Shown here one piece after another: positions 1 through 5,272 of a stretch of 39,748 bases of DNA. The stretch lies in assembly GCA_050011075.1 (NCBI GenBank), contig JBEKJT010000001.1, forward strand, positions 1 to 39,748. Reading direction: 5' to 3'. Position numbers and translations under genes: made by a program. Source of the DNA: Thermoplasmata archaeon (GTDB lineage: Archaea > Thermoplasmatota > Thermoplasmata > Lutacidiplasmatales > UBA184). The notes under the pieces were generated by a model. The model saw only the letters and a program-made list of their open reading frames with translations. It was not told where the DNA came from and searched no databases. Each line of letters opens with the position of its first letter. Within the stretch, counting starts at the first letter, position 1.

Positions 1-356
1 AGAGTCTCGAGGGACTCGAGACAAAGCGCACCGATGCATGCCACACAGCAGAACAGCCCCGGGCGGAACATAGTCTCTAGGGACGTAGGCACGTTGAGGA
101 GCCCAAACACGGTTTCGCCGGCGGGGACGCGGGTCCCGCACCGACATCGTACAGAGACGGCAGTGCGGGTCACGAAAATGGATGCTGGCGCCATCGAAGC
201 CTGCGCGACTCGTGCCTGGCCTCAGGTCCAGGGAGACAATTTCACCGTCGATTTCCGTTTAGGGGGTTGGGTTTTTGGAGACGGCCGTCGGCTCTCGGTT
301 ACTGACGAACCACAGACCCAATGACTGGCTCCTGCCGCCGCGTTGCTCGCCAGTCG

Positions 357-1487
357 CTAGGTTTGAGGAATCTTTCCACTCCGCACGAAAAGCATCGGTT
401 CCCGGGGACGCTCAGTTGGAATCCTCGAGCTCCGACGAATCGGTCGCTGCGGGACCACTTGGACCTTTCTCACACGGTCTTCCGCCGCACGGCAGTACTT
501 CTCGCTCTGGTCAAAATGGACGAAGTGGCGATTGTTCGCCTTCGCAACGGCAGCAACCGTGCCGGTTCCTCCGAATGGATCCATGATTGTGTTCCCGCGA
601 TAGGTAAAGAAGAGGACTAACCTTCGGATGAGTTCCTCGGGAAACGTCGCGGGGTGGTTGACCAATCTCCGGGTGTCCGGAGGTATCTCCCATACTCCAT
701 CCGACCAGTCCCGAAACTCCTCCGGAGAGATGTCAATCGTGCTGGGGTCGCCCTCGAGTTTCCAACTTTCCTTGTGGAAGACCTCAATGTACTCCCACGA
801 TGGGATGACGTGTGGGTGGCGAGGACTCTTCCAGCTGCCCCAAGCGGTGCGGGGCGCGCTCATATTCTGTTTTGCCCACAGAATCTCGGCCCGATGAGTG
901 AACTTCGCCGCGCGGATATCCCGTGACAAGTCATGGTGGAGGGGCACGAACTCCGCGATTCCAGTCGGGGCGACTTCGAGAGCAAGTCTCCCGCCGCGCT
1001 TCAGTACGCGGAAGCATTCCTTCCAGACCTCGCTCAACCAGAGGCGGTACTCCGAGTACTGGCGTCTGTCGTCGTAATCCGAGTACTCGATTCCCACGTT
1101 GTACGGCGGCGACGTAATCACCATGTGGACCGAATTGCTCGGCACCTTTCGTATCTCCTCGAGAACGTCGCCGCAAGTGATTCGATCGAGCGACCCGAAC
1201 TTTGTGGAAGTGAGAGTTCGTGACTCGGGCTCGGTAACTATTGGAGACGCTGCAGGGCGCAACACAATAGAGTCATCGTCGATATGCGAGGTGAGTCGCT
1301 TTCCGACATACCAAGAGAGCTCCTCCACCTGGCCCTTGGGCAGGATGGCATAGAAGGAGCCATAGTCCGTCCGATCGCTGTGAGATCCAGTCTTCAGTCG
1401 GGTCTTCCAACTGAGGGTCACCGGCTGCTCGCCGGCGACATAGGGCTTCTGGGGCTCCTTCTCCATCGCGCGCTCCGAGAAGGTCAC
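357..1487 (-). CDS. DNA methyltransferase, beta-class N4-cytosine/N6-adenine type (PF01555-like), with an extra ~110-aa N-terminal AbrB/SpoVT-like domain
   Basis: Catalytic motif IV 'VITSPPYNVG' lies upstream of the AdoMet motif I 'IMDPFGGTGTVAAVA' near the C-terminus, which is the beta-class order. The start is GTG 1487 or ATG 1466 (MEKEPQ). The N-terminal 'FYAILPKGQVEELSWYVGKRLTSHIDDDSIVLRP' resembles a swapped-hairpin AbrB domain. Confidence 0.85.
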   Translation of the reverse strand: MTFSERAMEKEPQKPYVAGEQPVTLSWKTRLKTGSHSDRTDYGSFYAILPKGQVEELSWYVGKRLTSHIDDDSIVLRPAASPIVTEPESRTLTSTKFGSLDRITCGDVLEEIRKVPSNSVHMVITSPPYNVGIEYSDYDDRRQYSEYRLWLSEVWKECFRVLKRGGRLALEVAPTGIAEFVPLHHDLSRDIRAAKFTHRAEILWAKQNMSAPRTAWGSWKSPRHPHVIPSWEYIEVFHKESWKLEGDPSTIDISPEEFRDWSDGVWEIPPDTRRLVNHPATFPEELIRRLVLFFTYRGNTIMDPFGGTGTVAAVAKANNRHFVHFDQSEKYCRAAEDRVRKVQVVPQRPIRRSSRIPTERPREPMLFVRSGKIPQT

Positions 1488-1557
1488 CGGCTATAGCTCT
1501 TGAGGTACCCCAGGCTGAAACGGTTAGAGGTGCCTGCGCTTCACCGAGGGCGGCACC

Positions 1558-2484
1558 TCAAAACTTGCCGGTCGCAAGCGCATCGTCAAGAGCGTCAAGC
1601 AACACGTGGAGGCACCGAAGGCAGAGACCCTCGACGTCTATGCGGAAATACGTGCGGATGCGCCCCTTCTCTGCCTCTAGGCTCTGAGCCGAATAGAGAT
1701 CGAGCCGGCGTGCGCTTGGTTTCCACTTCCTCAGGGACTTGAGCGAGCGGAGCATCAACGCGAGGGTAATCCTGTCCTTCTCACTCAATTCGTGGCTGTG
1801 GAACAGTGGAGCGCGATAGGCGATCTCTCGCTCGGCGAGTTCAACCACCCGGCCGTCTAAGGTTAGGTCTACGCCGGGGGTCTTCCTGACTACGTCTCCA
1901 AGGACCTCCAATACCGTGCGCAGAAGGTTTCCTGCCTCACTTGGATAGAGAAGAACCACGTTCAACGGAACGAGGACTCCGAACCAGATCGACCCAGGGT
2001 GCCTGTATAGAATCACGGAACCGGTGGGCAGATGGGCCTCCGGGAATCGGCGGGTCAGCTCCTGTTCAAGATTTGCCGCCTCTTCTTCTGTGACGTGCTT
2101 CTCGACTCGGGGGGAGACAAGTTCACCGAAATACCGATCACGGAGAGCCGCGGCGTCCTGCTGCAGCTCGGCAGGCCGGTCTCTGTACTTGTCGAACACG
2201 CGAATCGTTTCGCGACCGACGTTCGCCAAGCCGCGTCCCGGCTGCTTCAGCGTGAAGATGTTGCCCAGGTGCTGGGAAATCGCTCCGGGGGTTCGGCCCA
2301 GGAGGTCAGCGAGCTCGCGGACCCAAGGGGCCTCTGGACGGTAATTCTGTGTGTCGGGCGGGCACGCCGCGAGAACTAGGGTGACTTCCTCCGCGGTCCA
2401 AAGCTCGCGGTCCCTGGCGGGCGCTCCGGCCCGCGGACGCCGGGTTGCTCCCTTGGGGTTCCCTGTATCGCCGCCTTCATGCAT
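1558..2484 (-). CDS. Hypothetical protein: N-terminal module as in COG3183-type HNH restriction enzymes, followed by an unrecognised ~180-aa C-terminal domain with no HNH motif
   Basis: 308-aa ORF with an ATG start, in an operon with the methyltransferase. 'LWTAEEVTLVLAA...LLGRTPGAISQHLGNIFTLKQPGRGLANVGRETIRVFDKY' follows the W-T-x-EE / GRTPxA..KLxNF..LDP..G..GLxN pattern I know from the N-termini of HNH 'putative restriction endonucleases'. No HNH or PD-(D/E)xK motif is evident afterwards. Confidence 0.6.
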   Translation of the reverse strand: MHEGGDTGNPKGATRRPRAGAPARDRELWTAEEVTLVLAACPPDTQNYRPEAPWVRELADLLGRTPGAISQHLGNIFTLKQPGRGLANVGRETIRVFDKYRDRPAELQQDAAALRDRYFGELVSPRVEKHVTEEEAANLEQELTRRFPEAHLPTGSVILYRHPGSIWFGVLVPLNVVLLYPSEAGNLLRTVLEVLGDVVRKTPGVDLTLDGRVVELAEREIAYRAPLFHSHELSEKDRITLALMLRSLKSLRKWKPSARRLDLYSAQSLEAEKGRIRTYFRIDVEGLCLRCLHVLLDALDDALATGKF

Positions 2485-2511
2485 CCTGAATCACCTGGCT
2501 ATTTGGACGCC

Positions 2512-3105
2512 TTACCGGCCTGGGTTCTTCTCGACCGAAACCAGCGGGTGCTCCTTCTTCCAGTACTCGAGCATCATTAGTGATAAGACCCTGATTTGAA
2601 ACAGACTCGGCTCACAGCGCAGCCCCGCAGGTTGGACATCGCATCCCCCCGGCCCGGCGGCTCCTGTCGGCACGAGCGAGCCGCAATGCGCGCAGTGCAA
2701 GAACGATTGGACCGGAGCCGCCACTGAAGGCGCCGCTACGTTGACCACAACATGGCCGTAATGATCAGCCATCGGTCGAACCTGCTGCCGAGCTCGAGAG
2801 ATCGCGGAGACCCACTCCTCCACGTCCTTCACCTTGTAAATGTGGCCTTGACCAGCAGCCTCGACCCGTAAGGTCGCACGCCCAATGAGCGGCTTGTCCC
2901 TGTGCAGGTTCGAAATCAGATCAAGCCGGACGTCCAGGAATGTCACAAGCTTCTCTCCTCGAACAAGTTCGGTCACGATTCTCTGTTTCTTCCTTCCTTC
3001 GAACACGAGTCGGACCGACGTCAGGGTCAAGATGCCATTGCGGCCCGAGCCACTTTCCGTTCGCTCGGAAAGAATCGTGGCCTCGCCGGGGCCGAGCAGC
3101 GGCAC
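2512..3105 (-). CDS. PH/GRAM-like (bacterial PH-type) domain protein with a degenerate C-terminal Cys-rich segment
   Basis: 'GEATILSERTESGSGRNGILTLTSVRLVFEG...ATLRVEAAGQGHIYKVKDVEEWVSAI' has the bPH/GRAM pattern, followed by 'CAHCGS...GGC...LRC'. The track ORF starts at GTG 3150, but an in-frame GTG at 3105 lies 2 nt after the RHH stop, so I prefer it. Confidence 0.5.
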   Translation of the reverse strand: MPLLGPGEATILSERTESGSGRNGILTLTSVRLVFEGRKKQRIVTELVRGEKLVTFLDVRLDLISNLHRDKPLIGRATLRVEAAGQGHIYKVKDVEEWVSAISRARQQVRPMADHYGHVVVNVAAPSVAAPVQSFLHCAHCGSLVPTGAAGPGGCDVQPAGLRCEPSLFQIRVLSLMMLEYWKKEHPLVSVEKNPGR

Positions 3106-3107
3106 TG

Positions 3108-3263
3108 TCAGGTGCTCCGGGGTGCAAGCGGCGGGTGCTCCTTCTTCCACCGCTCAAGCTTTTCCCGCACGGCCTGTTCGATAAACGCCTGACGGTTCGA
3201 CCAGCCTTCGCTCTCGGCGACCTCGACAATCTGGTCTATGAGAACTTTCGGCAGACGGACCAT
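3108..3263 (-). CDS. CopG/Arc/MetJ-type ribbon-helix-helix DNA-binding protein (51 aa)
   Basis: 'MVRLPKVLIDQIVEVAESEGWSNRQAFIEQAVREKLE' is a classic RHH beta-strand plus two helices. I use the internal ATG at 3263 of track ORF 3108..3428. It is the first gene of the minus-strand cargo operon. Confidence 0.7.
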   Translation of the reverse strand: MVRLPKVLIDQIVEVAESEGWSNRQAFIEQAVREKLERWKKEHPPLAPRST

Positions 3264-3382
3264 AACGGGAGTCCTCTCAGTGGTCTGCTTCTTCCCGGCC
3301 ACGTATCCGAATGCCCCCCCGGGATAGAATCGTTGATATAACAAGGAATCATATGATATCAATAGAAACCTGGTGCATCTTA
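3264..3382. promoter_or_regulatory. A/T-rich divergent control region with inverted repeat TTGATAT-N16-ATATCAA (3333-3339 / 3356-3362)
   Basis: This is the most A/T-rich stretch of the window. It lies between the divergent RHH operon and the integrase operon, contains TATA-like runs (gatataa, atatgatatcaatag), and has a 7-bp inverted repeat suitable as an RHH operator. Confidence 0.35.
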
Positions 3383-3586
3383 ATGACAGCAATGACAAGG
3401 CGCAGTGCGATCTGGACTGACAGGGCAACTGCTCGCGCGTACGTAGAACTTGCGGCCGAGCTCTATAAAGGCAGGGAGATTGAGCGCGAGTCGGCCGGTG
3501 AGGCTGCCAGATTCCTGCTCAGCAAGTTCCGCGTCGAGCGCTCGTCCGTGGCAGTCTCGAGGGCGACGGCGAGGGCGTCCGCATGA
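3383..3586 (+). CDS. Small hypothetical protein (first gene of the integrase operon; start uncertain)
   Basis: ATG at 3383 (MTAMTRRSAIW...) within track ORF 3311..3586. Its stop overlaps the next start (ATGA at 3583-3586). Confidence 0.4.
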   Translation: MTAMTRRSAIWTDRATARAYVELAAELYKGREIERESAGEAARFLLSKFRVERSSVAVSRATARASA

Positions 3587-3828
3587 CGATCATCGTTCTC
3601 ACGTATCCCGGCGTCCAGGAGTGTGGCACCTGTCACGTTTCATCCAGCCGGTGGAACCGCGTGCCCGGCACGAACCTATGCAAGGGTTGCCACTCATGTC
3701 TCACCGTATTTCCCCCAGCCGTCGGTGAGCGACCCGCGGCCGGCGCGCCCTCGGTAGACGAGGCGCCGACGCGCGGGCTCAGTCCGGCCCCGACCGCCGC
3801 GGATGGGCGGCCCCACCCGGGGGACTGA
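3583..3828 (+). CDS. Small Cys-rich (zinc-ribbon-like) hypothetical protein
   Basis: 'ECGTCH...LCKGCHSC' gives CxxC plus CxxCxxC. It has an ATGA overlap upstream and a TGATG overlap downstream. Confidence 0.4.
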   Translation: MTIIVLTYPGVQECGTCHVSSSRWNRVPGTNLCKGCHSCLTVFPPAVGERPAAGAPSVDEAPTRGLSPAPTAADGRPHPGD

Positions 3829-4007
3829 TGCGAGCGGGTCCCCCGTACGGCCCGTTCGTCACCGCCTCCGATCTCCTAAATGACGAGGTCGCGTCGGTCA
3901 CGGACCCGGTCCGCCTGGTTGGTCGGATTCACCAGATCGAAAACCGCGTGCGCGAGCTTGAGGTCGAACACCGGCACCTTCTCCTCAGCCTCGCGACTCG
4001 GCTGTGA
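3828..4007 (+). CDS. 59-aa hypothetical helical protein, below the ORF-track length cutoff
   Basis: My translation is MRAGPPYGPFVTASDLLNDEVASVTDPVRLVGRIHQIENRVRELEVEHRHLLLSLATRL*. Its ATG shares the A of the preceding TGA, and its TGA overlaps the integrase GTG (GTGA at 4004-4007). Confidence 0.4.
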   Translation: MRAGPPYGPFVTASDLLNDEVASVTDPVRLVGRIHQIENRVRELEVEHRHLLLSLATRL

Positions 4008-5002
4008 CCGACTCAGCGGGGACGTCCGCGGACCGGCATCCCCTGGTCCCGAACGGTCGCTTGGAGGACTTCAGGTCGTGGCAGATCGCGCTCGACCATG
4101 CCCTCAGCACCGCGAACAAGAGCGTGAGGTACCTCCGCTTCCTCGAGAGCAAGGGTCTCGATCTCGCGCCGCCCGCGCTCTCCTACGACCGCGCCCTCGG
4201 GTTCATGGCCGAATGGCGGCAGCGCGGGGTGAAGCCCCGGACTCTAAATTCGTGGGTTCGCGAGCTCAACCTCTGGAGTCGGTTCCTGAATCTCGGTTGG
4301 AAGTTGCCGTACTTCCGCCGTCGGTCGGGGCCACCAATCCAGGTTCCCGACCGCGTCCTCGTCTCGAAACTCCTCGGCCTCGCCTACCCGTCCCCGGCGA
4401 CACAGGCTCGCAACCGCGCCATGATCGCGGTCTTCGCGGACGTCGGAATTCGCAGGAACGAACTCGTCAACCTCCAGCTCTCGGACCGCATCCAGCTCGC
4501 GTCGGGCCCGGGGCTCCGGGTCCGCTTCGGAAAGGGCGAGAACGAGCGCGACGTCCCGCTCGACCTCGAGGTCTCTGAGCTGCTAGAACGGTACGTCTCA
4601 ACCTACCGATCGCACTCCCACGCGACTCGCCTGTTTACGACCCAGGTGGGGCCACTGTCATATGGCTACGTCGGAAAGGTCGTGCAGGAAGCCGGAGCCC
4701 GTCTCGGAGCCCCATGGCTGTCATGCCACAAACTGCGTCACTTCGTCGCCGACGTCACGCTCGATGCCGGGATGCCGGTCTCCTCGGTCGCCGAGATCCT
4801 CGGACACAAGCGATGGGAGACGACCCAGCTGTACCGCCAACGCCGGCTCCAGAAAATCCGCGCTGAGGCGGACTTCCGGTCTACTGCTAAATCACGGTCC
4901 ATCTTCGGAGGGAAAATGGGGCAAATCCGACCGAGACTTGAACGGAAAGCGGGAGCCGGCGACGAATCACGCGCGGAGAGGAGTGGGAGCACGGGGATTT
5001 GA
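4004..5002 (+). CDS. Tyrosine recombinase / phage-type integrase
   Basis: Arg-I context 'VGIRRNELVNLQLSD', 'CHKLRHFVA' (H-x-x-R) and 'LGHKRWETTQLY' (catalytic Tyr), with an N-terminal SAM-like domain. The 3' end overlaps the tRNA-Trp 3' end. Confidence 0.9.
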   Translation: MTDSAGTSADRHPLVPNGRLEDFRSWQIALDHALSTANKSVRYLRFLESKGLDLAPPALSYDRALGFMAEWRQRGVKPRTLNSWVRELNLWSRFLNLGWKLPYFRRRSGPPIQVPDRVLVSKLLGLAYPSPATQARNRAMIAVFADVGIRRNELVNLQLSDRIQLASGPGLRVRFGKGENERDVPLDLEVSELLERYVSTYRSHSHATRLFTTQVGPLSYGYVGKVVQEAGARLGAPWLSCHKLRHFVADVTLDAGMPVSSVAEILGHKRWETTQLYRQRRLQKIRAEADFRSTAKSRSIFGGKMGQIRPRLERKAGAGDESRAERSGSTGI

Positions 5003-5144
5003 ACCCCGATATGCGGGTATCTCCGCGCGCTCCAGTCAATCGTCACGGGGACGCTCGGCGCCCCTCCGCAAACCCGTAATCCCAGGGTGACGAATCGTCA
5101 CCCTGACTGGAGCCCGCTGGTCTGCCAGATTAGCCTATGCTCCC
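4984..5144 (-). tRNA. tRNA-Trp (anticodon CCA) with an 88-nt intron at the canonical 37/38 position
   Basis: Hand fold of the minus strand. The acceptor stem is GGGAGCA/UGCUCCC plus A73. U8, A14, G18G19 and A21 are present. The D stem is GGCU/AGACC-type with one C:A mismatch. The anticodon stem is GCGGG/CCCGC and the spliced loop is CUCCAGA. The variable region is AUAU and the T arm is CGGGG-UUCAAAU-CCCCG. Exons are 5144-5107 and 5018-4984. CCA is not encoded. Confidence 0.8.
5019..5106 (-). ncRNA. tRNA-Trp intron with box C/D guide-RNA architecture (C 5101-5095, D' 5068-5065, C' 5046-5040, D 5025-5022)
   Basis: The intron reads UCAGG-GUGACGA-N26-CGGA-N18-GUGACGA-N14-CGGA-GAU. Both guide regions are complementary to the anticodon arm of the host tRNA. 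A tRNA-Trp intron C/D RNA is established in Haloferax and other Euryarchaeota. Confidence 0.6.
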
Positions 5145-5272
5145 TCCGATCCACCCCGGGCGCGCTCAGAGACATATCCTTTGTCGTTCGACCGAAGGGA
5201 GGCGCGGAGCGCGCCCCCGGCACGATTGGGTCCTCACAAGACTTATGAGAAAGAGTGTTTGTCTCAAATCCA

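Larger units (their letters stand above)
1..5002. mobile_element. Integrase-proximal part of an integrated element inserted at tRNA-Trp; the left end/att copy is not inside the window
   Basis: A tyrosine recombinase gene has its 3' end overlapping the 3' end of a tRNA gene by 19 nt (4984-5002). The region is visibly more A/T-rich than the rest of the window, for example 3230-3430. Cargo is a methyltransferase, RHH protein and orphan ORFs. No second copy of the tRNA 3' segment was found by eye in 1-4000. Confidence 0.6.

Noticed and set aside
1-356. Possible genes at the left edge: plus-strand ORF 34..324, and a minus-strand frame open from 258 to the window edge. Also the palindrome TCTCGAG-GGA-CTCGAGA at 5-21
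   Set aside because: Neither translation shows a recognisable motif or convincing composition, and the fragment is too short to judge. The palindrome alone is not evidence for an att site or terminator.
3880-4578. 232-aa Arg/Pro-rich ORF overlapping the start of the integrase gene
   Set aside because: It is off-frame to the integrase, which has clear tyrosine-recombinase motifs. The upstream space is better explained by the coupled 59-aa ORF 3828..4007.
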